Shown here in pieces: positions 1 through 10,943 of a stretch of DNA of 64,000 nt (position 1 is the first letter of the stretch; the number at the start of each line of letters is the position of its first letter). The notes under the pieces were generated by a model. The model was not told the DNA's origin, did no database searches, and worked only from the letters and a program-made list of their open reading frames with translations. This DNA comes from Aplysia californica. Its lineage: Eukaryota. The position numbers were made by a program, and so were the translations under genes. Where the stretch lies: positions 1,855,807 to 1,919,806 of the forward strand of contig NW_004797311.1 of assembly GCF_000002075.1 (NCBI RefSeq), written 5' to 3'.

Positions 1-455
1 TGAAAGGGAGCATTGGTTTTTACACCCCTCCACTGCCGTTATCAGCATATTATCTCCCTCCCCCTCTCTCACTCTTTATACGGATTGTTCAGAACCTGAT
101 AAAGGGACCGATTTGAAGGGGTTAAAATTATAAGACCCACAACCGTACAACGGACGCTTCTTTCTGATTATGCTGTTTTGTGCACTCTATCCCTTTTCCC
201 AGCTCTGTGACTACCTTGTTCTGTGGCCACCTAACAGTAGCTCACATGACGGTCTCTGGCCCGCCCTATGACACACCAACGTCGCTGTGATGTGTTATCG
301 CTCGAATGCGCCTCAGTTTGAACTCAGGTGGCGACAGATTTCTTAAGATTTGTGTGCTAAACATTTCAAAGACAGCTGGGTTAATTTTTGATATTTAGCT
401 TTTGAATATGGCACTTCAGACAGTCTGGCTTCCCTCTAATCTGCAATTTGTATAA

Positions 456-2643
456 GGCAGCCGGTATTTTCACGACAAGTCGTGGAAAAAAATCTATGCA
501 CATTTCCACGATTTGTCGTGGAAAAAAAGATTCACGCGCGTTTCCACGTGTTGTGGAAACAAAAGGCTATGCGTACTAGGCCTATTAGCTAAAATATTAA
601 AAATATGACTTTCTAGCTTCTCGGACTGTAGACCTAAATCTAGAATCTAAACCACGGCAGTAAGTCAGGCCTATTTGCGCGCACTCGACCATTTTCCTTC
701 TGTGCGGCTCGGCCGTGTAAATAACGGCTACCAAAATAAATATTTTTTTTCTCTTTGAACTGAAATTGTGCTCTGGTTTTGGTTTCGACAATCAAACGCG
801 TAAACAATGGTAGAAAATTAGAGCATATTACAGGCTTGGTGATCGTACTGTCAGGATTGGTGTTCCCGGATTTGCGTAGCCTAGATTTACCTGCTGCTAG
901 GAATGCGATGACAAATTGAATAGAAAGGCACAATTATATCATCGTTCTGAGCTCTACTTTCATGTCTTTTGAAGAAAAGCTTTTTTACAAGTGCAAGAAC
1001 ATGTACAAAAATGGGCAGGTAGATCTAGATCCATGTCACAGTAGGCTTGAGTCTAGATTCTAGGTCTAGCCATCGCCAGCAATCGTTCGCTACTTAGCCA
1101 AAGAGAGCTCTGAGGATTAAATTCTAGTAATCTAGTAAGGGATACGTCTAGATTTAGCTAAGTAAGGTAGACTCAAGATCTAACTTAGAATGAAAATGTC
1201 GATCTGTAGATCTAAATATGATTTCAACCCTCTAAATTGATATTACATACAGACTTCAACAAAAGTTAAGGAGCACCTTGACAGACTACAGCCTTGATTT
1301 TTTTAAAATCCGAAAAATAAAGACTGCAAGGAATGTTTTGCTCTGAGTGTGTTAATGGGTGTGTTAATGGGTTACTAATGCGAACTGCAAAGCTTCCTAA
1401 AGGGGCAAAACCACCGCGTGCTGCACGGAAATCCTCGGGGAATTTTAGCCGAATTTGCTGTTTTTTATCGACTTGTGTGAGACACCAGGGACATTCTTCA
1501 GTTAAGATTTCTAGTGCACTCTGGTTGCAATATTAAGCCGCCGTTTGCTCAAAATCACATCAACATGCCACCAAGATGAAAGCTGGGAGACTTTGATGGT
1601 GCCAGAGCTATGGCATGCCTGCAGGATGGAGTTGGAGCCTAAGAATTTGCTAGAAGGCTTGCAGTGTCACACTCTGTCATTGTCCGCTTGAGGCAGCGCC
1701 ATCAAGCCACTGGATCAGTCTAAGAACGCCCACGTGTAGGTCGACCCAAGAAGACCACTCAGAGTGTTTGCAAGTGGTTGTTAACTTTTGTTGCAGTCTG
1801 TATATATACCTCCAAAAAACTATAAAATCAAGCCTAAGTGCAGTGTCTCTGATGTGTCTCTGCTCGTNNNNNNNNNNNNNNNNNNNNNNNNNNNNNNNNN
1901 NNNNNNNNNNNNNNNNNNNNNNNNNNNNNNNNNNNNNNNNNNNNNNNNNNNNNNNNNNNNNNNNNNNNNNNNNNNNNNNNNNNNNNNNNNNNNNNNNNNN
2001 NNNNNNNNNNNNNNNNNNNNNNNNNNNNNNNNNNNNNNNNNNNNNNNNNNNNNNNNNNNNNNNNNNNNNNNNNNNNNNNNNNNNNGATGAGCTTGTAGTA
2101 CTGCCACTCCGCCGGGTAGTGTTTCGACTCGTCTTTGATTGTGTTGTTCTTGGCGGTGACTGATTTCGAGGATTTTTTGCGGAAAACATACTTTGTACCG
2201 CAGTACTTCCGAAATTCTTCCTCAAACTCACGATACGCTTTAAAAATTCGTCCCACTTCGAAGGAATGGGGATTTGCANNNNNNNNNNNNNNNNNNNNNN
2301 NNNNNNNNNNNNNNNNNNNNNNNNNNNNNNNNNNNNNNNNNNNNNNNNNNNNNNNNNNNNNNNNNNNNNNNNNNNNNNNNNNNNNNNNNNNNNNNNNNNN
2401 NNNNNNNNNNNNNNNNNNNNNNNNNNNNNNNNNNNNNNNNNNNNNNNNNNNNNNNNNNNNNNNNNNNNNNNNNNNNNNNNNNNNNNNNNNNNNNNNNNNN
2501 NNNNNNNNNNNNNAGGGCAGAAAGATGCCCTCTGGCATGAGTGGCATGACCCAGCTGCTCATTGATTGGTCCAAAGAGAAAAACAAATCGCGAAAATGTG
2601 CGTATATTTTTTTTCACGACATGTCGTGAAAATACCGGCGGCC
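456..2643 (-). mobile_element. Mutator/MULE-superfamily DNA transposon, non-autonomous or degenerate
   Basis: ~60-bp TIRs: GGCAGCCGGTATTTTCACGACAAGTCGTGG at 456, and the reverse complement of ...TTTTCACGACATGTCGTGAAAATACCGGCGGCC ending at 2643. A perfect 9-bp TSD TTTGTATAA lies at 447-455 and 2644-2652. A 9-bp TSD with G-starting TIRs is typical of MULEs. Confidence 0.85.
2087..2277 (-). pseudogene. Fragment of a MULE transposase N-terminal DNA-binding region (ZSWIM3/FAR1-like), flanked by N gaps
   Basis: The translation SFEVGRIFKAYREFEEEFRKYCGTKYVFRKKSSKSVTAKNNTIKDESKHYPAEWQYYKLI resembles the 'lG..F.ty.eF...f..Y......F....s.sv...N.........l.Y..v' pattern of ZSWIM3-like N-termini. It lies inside the MULE TIRs. 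Recognised by eye only. Confidence 0.55.
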
Positions 2644-2707
2644 TTTGTATAATTACGTTACTGATAATGATTCATTAAAAAATATTTTTCACTTTTGAAT
2701 GGAAAAC

Positions 2708-3140
2708 TTTTTTTGCAAGTGTTTTAGGGTGCTCGCAACAGCACATTATGGCCAAATGAGCGCGCGGACACATGAAACATTTTCAGTTGGTAGGACATTT
2801 TGAATCTTGCCAGGGTGGCTTCTGAAACCTATTCTTATCGACTTTAGATCACTAAAGGGCCCAACTTGTACTCGGGACCTCCAGGATTGTTTCTTCCGAG
2901 AAGGCTAGGTGTAGATCGTTCCTACCATAAGATCAGGGAGTAGCAGTAGGAAGGCTGCAGAAAGAGTCTGGAGCTCAGAGAGGCGGCATAGGAGGTGAGG
3001 GGTGGGGGTAGAAAATGGAGGCACAAGCAGAAGATAGAAGATTTCTAGAGAGCAGGAAAGGAGGTGAAAGGAGACACATATAGAGAAGAAAAATTTCCGT
3101 CGCTATTTGGAATTGAACCCAGGAGCTACTGAATGAGATG
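2708..3140 (-). mobile_element. tRNA-derived SINE, family A, 5'-truncated and diverged copy
   Basis: Shares body sequence (AAGGCTAGGTGTAGATC...AAGATCAGGG; GTAGCAGTAGGAAGGCTGCAGAAAGAGTC) with the copies at 42775-43248 and 52884-53414. Confidence 0.8.
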
Positions 3141-3638
3141 AAATAGTTTGAGAAAATGAGAAGAAAAAAACCCAAGTAAAATCCTTCATTTGTAGATTTT
3201 AACAGCAATAAGTAGTGTTTCCCGGTTTACCCAGTTTACCTGTGTCCCACTTCTCCCCAGCTCCCCTTTGACATAATATAAGGAGCGAGGCTAAAAAAGT
3301 GACACGGCAAAAGTAGTCCAAATATCGGAATATTTAGTCCTTCGTCCTCAATTGCACCGACGATATTTGGTCGCTTTTAAGCTATCCCGCAAAATGCTGT
3401 TTTGAGAAAATCGAAGGTAAAGTTTTTTCCCCTTGTTCAGTTTCTTTAAAAGACAAGGAGAGTTTTCTCTATAACCAAACAAATATACACACCAATGAAA
3501 CCAAACTTCTCCTTTAGGTAGGACAATGCCCACTTTTGGGACAGGTCAAGATTTCTTGAAACCCCTGAATCTGGGTTAACCCGCTTGTCCTTAAAAGCGA
3601 CCAATTTATTCCAGTACTCGGGCGTGTTCTGGTACAAT

Positions 3639-4118
3639 CAAAGATTGTACATAACAAGATGGTTCACTCAGCCAAAAATGTGTCTGCGGAAGTCCGCGAA
3701 TTGGTTCAGATGTCGCTGCAGTCTTTGTTTTGAAGCTCTCTTTCGTTTCTCCAGAATAACAAAAAGAATAGCATCCCCTTGTGCATCACCTGTTCCGGCT
3801 CGCTCGGTTCCGAGTTTTGGGTTTATTTTATTTATTTTAATGACCTCTCGCCTCTCGTTCTAAACGAAGAAAACAATCGCCCCTTCCACATGAAGAGGAT
3901 TTTTGTCAGCATAACCATTTTAAAAGGCGTTATTCCTAACTTTTAATTATAATTTATACAAAAACTTGTTAGTTTCACTTTGATTTTTTTCCAAACTGGT
4001 AGGGTAACTCTGTTCACAAAGCGGGCACTTTTTTAAAGAGGGCGCCACAGGATTTTGAGGACACTTTTTTAATTGGTTCAAAGAGAGGAGTGAACCATCT
4101 TGTTATACCGAATCTTTG
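3639..4118. mobile_element. Non-autonomous DNA transposon, P-element-like, copy 1 of an inverted pair
   Basis: ~30-bp TIRs CAAAGATTGTACATAACAAGATGGTTCACT / AGTGAACCATCTTGTTATACCGAATCTTTG. The 7-bp direct repeat GTACAAT flanks both ends (3632-3638, 4119-4125). CAAAG termini with a 7-8 bp TSD fit the P superfamily. Confidence 0.65.
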
Positions 4119-4125
4119 GTACAAT

Positions 4126-4622
4126 CAATGATAGTACATAACAAGATGGGCCACTTCTCTCTTTGAGCCAATTAAAAAAGTGTCCTCAAAATTTGGTGGC
4201 GCCCTCTTCACAAAAGCGCATTCTTTGCGAACAGAGTTACCCTACTTGAGTTTTAAAAAATCAAAGTGAAACTAGCAAGTTTTGGGATAAATTTAAGAAG
4301 AACGCTTTTTAAAAATGGTTACGCTGACAAAAAACCTCTTCCGGAGGAAAGTGTGATGGTTTTCTTCGTTTAATTTGACTTTAGAATGAAAGGTGAGAGG
4401 TCATAAACCCCCCCCCCCCCCCTAAAACTCCGCACTGAACGTACCCGAACTGCTGATGAACAGCAGTCGATCTGCGCACGCAAGGAGGTGCTATTCCTAT
4501 TTTTCTTCTGGAAAAACGAAAGAGAGCTTCAAAACAGACTGCAGCGCCATCTGAAGCAAAGAGCATACTTCCTGCGGACACTTTTTTGGCTGAGTGGCCC
4601 ATCTTGTTATTTACTATCTTTG
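4126..4622. mobile_element. Non-autonomous DNA transposon, P-element-like, copy 2, inverted relative to copy 1
   Basis: TIRs CAATGATAGTACATAACAAGATGGGCCACT / AGTGGCCCATCTTGTTATTTACTATCTTTG. GTACAAT lies at 4119-4125 and 4623-4629. The internal sequence is a diverged reverse complement of 3639-4118 (e.g. TTTTGAAGCTCTCTTTCGTTT vs AAACGAAAGAGAGCTTCAAAA). Confidence 0.65.
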
Positions 4623-5473
4623 GTACAATCGAGGTTTTTGAAAAGAGAAATTGGTTCTCTTCCTCACCTCAAGTCTTGGTCGACTGTGGGCGCTTTCGCG
4701 TAATGTAACAATAGACAACGTTATTTCTTATAGTGATATATTGTGTCCTAAACTAAAGCGCTAAGTATCATTATATTGAAATATAAACCAATGAAGCACC
4801 ACAAACGAGACGATCAGAATCGGGTCGAACGGTATCGATATAGCCATAACTCAGGCCACTCCTCGCATCCGGGGAAACCAAGGTATAAAAGGCGCAGAGC
4901 AAACGCAGTATAGCACAACCTTGTCGCTTTCTTTTATGTGGACAAGTGAGCTTATCGCAGGTAAGGACTAATCTTATTTTCTGTTCAACTATCTTTCTAC
5001 GCTTTACTCCTAGATCCTTGGGTAGTTCTGTTTGTTTTTTCATGCAAAGGCGTGTTTTACCGACACCATGCATTGATTTGGAAGCCTGACTTTAGCACAG
5101 TGCAATGACATGCTGTGTTTGAAATTTTACCATCTCATCATTAAGCCGTGTCAGCTGCCATCTTTGACATAATGTGATGGAAAGAACTGCGATAATAAAT
5201 CACAATAACAATTATTTTAATTTATATAGCGCACATCCATGTTCTACGGCAAGCTCTATGCGCTTAACAATTATCAAAGGAATACGTTTGTAACATGGAC
5301 CTAGCTTTATTGTTTAAAGTTAAAGGCTTGCCGCCCCATTCAATTGCGAGCAACTCGGGCTACAGTGTAGAGAGATGTAGAGATGTAATATTGTTCTTAT
5401 TAGACGGCGCTTTTCTGCAGATTCAGGTTATTTTCTAGAAGTCTGTTTTTACAGAAATGTGACTTTGCCTTGG

Positions 5474-5476
<3 letters not shown>

Positions 5477-5525
<49 letters not shown>
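5477..5525. repeat. (CA)n microsatellite
   Basis: Read directly from the sequence. Confidence 0.95.
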
Positions 5526-5527
<2 letters not shown>

Positions 5528-6125
5528 AATATACATATATATTGAACGCCATTAAAGAACGCAAAGTTTTTTAAAGGCTATTTAATCTATCTTCATTTGA
5601 TTGCGAATGATAGCCAAGTTATTTTAAAGGACAAAGAGTAGCTGCCATTGCAATGCGCGGTCTAGGAATACAAAAGGTTATAAGGTGAATATAGTGCACG
5701 GAGTAATTTATGCCAATTTTGATTACGGTTGATAATTCATGCGTGAGACATTAAGTTGTTATGGTTCATGTGTGAAATGTAAAGATTTGTTTCACCGGAA
5801 GTGCAATGCTTAAACAATCCCATGTATTATGGCATAAATATATACAGTCCTAGAAGAGTCAATAGTTTTGCATAAACATTCTAGAAGAATCGAATAGTCT
5901 GTCGTTTCAAACGTAGCTCTGAGATATAAAAACTGCAAGGATAAATCATTTCTCATTGTCAGCTTTAGTTAAAAGATAATTTTACATTCTTGAAGAGCAG
6001 TCTTACCGTTATGAAGCTCTTTATGAGCTGATTAGAAAATCTATAATAGGTTGTTGAGATTGAGATGAGCTTTAACATGGGCCAATACAATACAATATTT
6101 CTAGAATTATCTCGAAGTAGAAGTA

Positions 6126-7511
6126 CAGGGTGATACCCCCAAAAAACATTTCAACTTCTTTTGTTAATATTTTCCTTCACAGTGAAGTTTTGCTTTTCAA
6201 ATTTGTACACAACATTTGGAAGCCAAAAAGAATTTGTCTGATATCCGTTTTAGATATATCCACAGAATAGTTTTGCCCTGCATAGCGTGTAAAAACAACA
6301 ACCCATTTTCAGCCATATCCCCATTTTTGTAGCACGACGCACTAGTTCGCCTTAGGCCTACCATTAAAAATCCCAACAATTGCGCCATATTGCAAACTAC
6401 GGTAGTCTAACAGTCCAACAAAAGTTTGCAGATAGTTTTTCTCACGTTTCATTTGCCTGCTGAGATTGTGGTTAAGATTAGTAGAGTGCGGAGAGCTTTT
6501 TGTATTGAATATTTCCTCACCACCAACTCATCTCGTAAGTTTCGCACAAGGAACGAAAATAATGTGAAAGTGTCCTTACGGCCTTTTTAAAAAATGTCAA
6601 ACGTGAAAAAGTAAGGACCAGTAGAGAATCAGAACTAAAAATTCCCAGACAAAACAACCACTTTAGGTCAAACACACACCGTTTGCATCCCTTTAAACGT
6701 CACCAGGGTGCAGAATTCAGTAGATGAGCCCTATGACACGTCTGTCCGTAGATGATATCGGCAGCAATGACTTTCTTGCTTCTCAACGGTCCGCATTCTC
6801 AAGGCAGATCTTCATCTACGACTGTACAATGGTGACTGTTCGCGGAGTTATCAGAGGATAGCCATGTGTTCATGATTCATTGATCGTCTTGAAAAGCGTG
6901 AGCATTTCCTCTATGACGTTTGATTCCTTGGCAAAGCCTGTACTCCTTTCAGGTTATATCAACCCCACAAACCTATTTCGGCAACCTCACCCCACCCCTT
7001 ATTGCCTCTAGAAACAGCTCTATACTGTAAGGTGTACAGTGTAATAAGTGGCTTTGAGTACTCATGGTTGAGTGGATCCTTGTGTTTGGCCTCCACTGTA
7101 CATTAAGAAGGACGCGTTAAAATGTGTCGAGTCCAGGCCTTTTGTTTTCGAAATTTCAGAATTTAACATATTATTCTTTCACCTCTGTGGGAGAAAAGAA
7201 ACGTTGTTCAAAGGTTACAGGGATGGAAATATTATACCTTAAAAATAAATTAAAAGAAAAAAAACAACCAAACCAAGCATTCTGTGACTTTTTTTGCAAG
7301 ATCTTTTAAATTGGTACATTTTGTTTTTATAGGTGGTTTTTATAAAAAGCCATTTCCGTTTTCAAAAATAGGTTTCTTATTTGTGAATTTTATGTAAAAC
7401 AAATTCCTATTAAATGAATACTATCTGTTCCAAATTACAACATTCTAGTACACATTTTATGCGAGATATTCAGAAAGAAAGTTGTACAGTTGTTGTTTTT
7501 TGATCACCCTG
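6126..7511 (+). mobile_element. Highly degenerate Tc1/mariner-superfamily element
   Basis: Ends are TA|CAGGGTGAT (6124-6134) and ATCACCCTG (7503-7511). Broken internal peptide remnants on + (ERAFCIEYFLTTNS; TSVRR; RILKADLHLRLY) resemble the HTH region of mariner-like transposases, with many stops and frameshifts. Confidence 0.5.
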
Positions 7512-7699
7512 TGCATTATTTTCCCCGTACATACGAGTTCTACCCCCCCCCCCCCCAACCAACCCCCCGCCGGGCCCACAACGCATACCAAGTTCTGGTT
7601 GCCCCTCTCAACATCTCTCAATTTCTATCGTCCGAGATTTCTCCTTACACCAAAGTATCAGTTACAATATTGAGTTCCAGAGCACAAGGTTGATGATAG

Positions 7700-7880
7700 C
7701 TAATACATATCGAGTTCACACTGCCAATCGAATTCATTGGGTTGAGTTGGGGCCAGGCAGAATTTCTGCATAAGTGGAGCAAAAGCAACAATATTGGTAC
7801 CATTAGACCGAATTTGACTCAATTGTGAGCTTCAAAATCAAATAGGTCGCGAGTCGAATCGGTTGTATTGTACCGAAATC
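7700..7880. repeat. Dispersed MITE-like repeat
   Basis: GTTCACACTGCCAATCGAATTCATTGGGTTGAGTTGGGGCCAG is similar to reverse-complement sequence at 59460-59600 and, more weakly, to 57240-57290. Boundaries are approximate. Confidence 0.45.
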
Positions 7881-8474
7881 GTAGCTTTTGTCTTTCTTTG
7901 GAGGAAAATCTGGTGGGCTTAAATTCATCCTTATTATGCAGTTTCGAGGGCTGTCCAACGTTTTTCAAACTAAACGGAAGGAAAGCAGATCCTTGCAGGA
8001 GGCCCGTGTCTGCTGTTTTGTAAATTAATCTTTAGCCAAAACTAAATAAAACCTGATTAGAGCATTATGTAACTGCGTGAAACGCGTTAAGCGCCTTTTA
8101 GTGACCCCCCATTCTTCCCTTGCCCCCAATTTTATTCGTACTATTCGATTGGCCCTTAAGGTTTGAGAACATTCTGTTGACGTTTGACCTCATTAGGCAA
8201 GGCAATCAAGGAAGCAGAATATTAATAAATTATATGTTCATAAACACGTGTTGAACGATGCATCATGGCTACTTTGTAAACATTTCCCCCCACGTTTCAT
8301 CCCCAGGCTCTCAGATTTCCTTGTGCCTGTCCCAGAACCGTATTCTGAACATCTTCAAATTCAAAGCATTTTATTACGGAGGATTGAATACGATTTGGTG
8401 ATCATTATTGCCCATCGCAATTGTCTACACAAGCTGCAAACAAGATATTCTAAAACAGAAAGATAGTGATAGAT

Positions 8475-9686
8475 ATGGCGGCACAGGTCGACGATGAAGC
8501 TCTGTCAGAGGCCAGAAAAGGGTTGGTGGTTATTTTTATCATAGGAATTCTTGCATCCAATATTTTCCTGCTGTTCAAGTTCCTCCGTAAAGGGCGGTTA
8601 CTCCAGAGTCAACGTAAATTCCTAGTTATGACCCTCGCTGGGGGTGACATTTTCTTGGCTTTGTTTTCTTTGGTTATCTTAGCTCGTTTTTCCTTTAAAG
8701 AAAGATTCTATATATCATGTAAAACAACAACTGTTTCTTCCATGTATTCAGAATCTTTCCTCCCGTTTGTGTATGGAGTTGGTATAATTGTCCTCTGTGG
8801 GGAACTCGGTTTCCGGAAAAAACTTCGCTCTTTGATTTCCAGTCCTTACGTATCGTCCTTACTGGTGGCTGCGATACCTTGGATTGCTGGACTCATCTTT
8901 ATCGTGCCCTTATATTTGGATGGATATGATGATCTGAAGTGTTCGTATGGTGGTTCCATGACATTTGACCGGGTAAGAGCTATTTATGTCGTTAGCATTG
9001 TCTTGCCATCTGCCTTGGCTGTCATCTTCGCTCTCATGACCAGCTGTAAGAACGTTAAGACCATGTCTGAGTATTACAACACTTCCCAACTTCAAGGTAC
9101 AGTAGTTAGTCAGACAGTGGTGACGTATAACGCTCAAGGATACCCACAACAGCAGTACTATCCAGGACCCCCACAACAACAGTACTATCCAGGACCCCCA
9201 CAACAGCAGTACTATCCAGGACCCCCACAACAACAGTACTATCCAGGATCCCCACAACAGCAAAACCAACCCATGCCACCACCAGCAACAGCACAACAGC
9301 CATACTACCCCGCCTCTCAGCCACCGGCTTACGTAAGTGGTCCACATGACCCTGGTCTCAAACAACCCGCCTACCCTCCACAACCGATGCCCCCTTCACA
9401 AGCTGTGATCCAAACACCAGTGAGCTCGACACAAGCAGCCTCAGATCAACAACTGTCGGCGGCAGTCAGGAATGAGCAAAGCACCCTGGTCGTAGTTGCT
9501 GTTCTATACGCTGTTTTGACATTGCCGTATGCCCTCTTCCAACTTGGCTACACCCTGAACAATGACCATATCGTCCTAGATCCAATTCCTAGGACAGCAT
9601 TGTCCCAGTTATTTTTATGGATGTTTTATCTCCGCTCCATCGTGACCCCTATTGTTTGGATAACCAGGGAGAAAACTTTTGCTTGA
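8475..9686 (+). CDS. Intronless atypical rhodopsin-like (class A) 7TM receptor, 403 aa, with a P/Q/Y-rich repeat in intracellular loop 3
   Basis: Uninterrupted ORF from the ATG at 8475; the track starts it at a GTG at 8466. It has seven hydrophobic segments, TM1 Asn (ASN), TM2 LAGGD (LAxxD), a Cys at the top of TM3 and in ECL2, TM4 Trp/Pro (PWIAGLIFIVP), TM5 Pro, TM6 LTLPY and TM7 TPIVW. Confidence 0.85.
   Translation: MAAQVDDEALSEARKGLVVIFIIGILASNIFLLFKFLRKGRLLQSQRKFLVMTLAGGDIFLALFSLVILARFSFKERFYISCKTTTVSSMYSESFLPFVYGVGIIVLCGELGFRKKLRSLISSPYVSSLLVAAIPWIAGLIFIVPLYLDGYDDLKCSYGGSMTFDRVRAIYVVSIVLPSALAVIFALMTSCKNVKTMSEYYNTSQLQGTVVSQTVVTYNAQGYPQQQYYPGPPQQQYYPGPPQQQYYPGPPQQQYYPGSPQQQNQPMPPPATAQQPYYPASQPPAYVSGPHDPGLKQPAYPPQPMPPSQAVIQTPVSSTQAASDQQLSAAVRNEQSTLVVVAVLYAVLTLPYALFQLGYTLNNDHIVLDPIPRTALSQLFLWMFYLRSIVTPIVWITREKTFA
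9144..9263 (+). repeat. Coding 27-bp tandem repeat, about 4.4 units, encoding PQQQYYPGP
   Basis: CCACAACA(G/A)CAGTACTATCCAGGA(C/T)CC units start at 9144, 9171, 9198 and 9225, with a partial unit at 9252. Confidence 0.95.
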
Positions 9687-9994
9687 AAAGAAAGCAAAAA
9701 CATAATTACTCGATTGTCAGTCGCAGTGGCATAGTTAGAAAGCAAACTATCTAATAGAACGTAGTACATTTTTTATTCAGCAGAGTGCCCTGAAGACGGA
9801 GCGAGGTGCTCCGTCCGAAAAAAAAATGACTTGACCAAACCCTAATATGTCACTTTTTATTGCGTTACATCTCAATAATGAAAAACACAAGTGCCAATTC
9901 CGTCGTTCCAGCTGGGAGCTAAGTGAATACATGTAGCTAGCTTTACTCCCGTTGTACGAGTAGGTCGCCGTCATTTTCAAAACAATTTACATTA

Positions 9995-10135
9995 CTGGCC
10001 ACGGACTAGGTATGTCGCACCAAGGAGACTCAGTTCGATTCCCCAGCGAGGAGAAAAGTTTTATCGAGTATCTCGGTGTTTCTGTTGGGATGTTATACAT
10101 GTGTATCCCTTTCAGCCGCAGACAGGGTCGAAATA
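9995..10135 (+). mobile_element. Probable second tRNA-derived SINE family (family B), degenerate
   Basis: B-box-like AGTTCGATTCC at 10032. The body TTTATCGAGTATCTC...GTTATACATGTGTATCCCTTTCAGCC matches 61060-61190. Confidence 0.5.
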
Positions 10136-10730
10136 ATCCGCCTTCGAAATCATCTAAATTGTATTGATTAAAAAAAACTTTTTTGGGGGGAGGGGATGAG
10201 GGGGCACTTTTATACTTTTTTTTTACGGACTAAGTCATTCCGAAACCAAAAAAACTTTTTCAACCTTGTGTCAACACTCCAGAATGAGAAGAAATTTGCT
10301 ACAAACAAGACTGCTAAAGAACTGATCTGGTATCCACTCAGACTCTCGCGTCTCTATCCTCTCGTCTCTATCCTCTCGTTTTGGCAACTTTCAGAAACAA
10401 CTGCACCAAGGCGACTGACCTTCACATTGGCGAATACCATATTATATCTCGGGATATTTGTCGAGACAGGGACGAGGAGGAGTAGCTTTGCGGACACAAA
10501 CGAGTTTGTGAGCCAGTGAGCGAAAGAAAAAAAATAAGAGTGAAGTAAACGTAAGGGTGAAGAAAAGAACATCAACAGAAATACGATCATTTAGGAAAGA
10601 AAGTAATTATGGGGGAAAAAAAGCAAAAATAGAGAGAAATGTGTCTATCTATTCTCGTGAAAGACTAACGATAGTGAAGAAACCTCAACCTTTTCTGTTG
10701 TTTTCATGTTAATAATGTCTGCACTTAATG

Positions 10731-10822
10731 GTTATTATTCTGATTATTCTGATTATTCTGATTATTCTGATTATTCTGATTATTCTGATTATTCTGATTA
10801 TTCTGATTATTTTTGTTGTTGC

Positions 10823-10858
<36 letters not shown>

Positions 10859-10943
10859 CGTCGTCTTCCTTATTGTTCTGTTGTTGTTTTGTTTTCTTCT
10901 TCTTCTTCGTCTTCTTTTTCTTCTTCTTCTTTTACTACTACTT
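10731..10943. repeat. Compound simple repeat (GATTATTCT)n-(TTG)n-(TTC)n
   Basis: Read directly. It explains the low-complexity ORFs at 10706-11045. Confidence 0.95.

Noticed and set aside
9144-9263. CRISPR-like repeat array
   Set aside because: There are no spacers. It is an in-frame coding minisatellite in a eukaryotic gene.
8910-9383. Antisense ORFs with LLLWGSWIV repeats
   Set aside because: Shadow frames of the receptor's tandem repeat.
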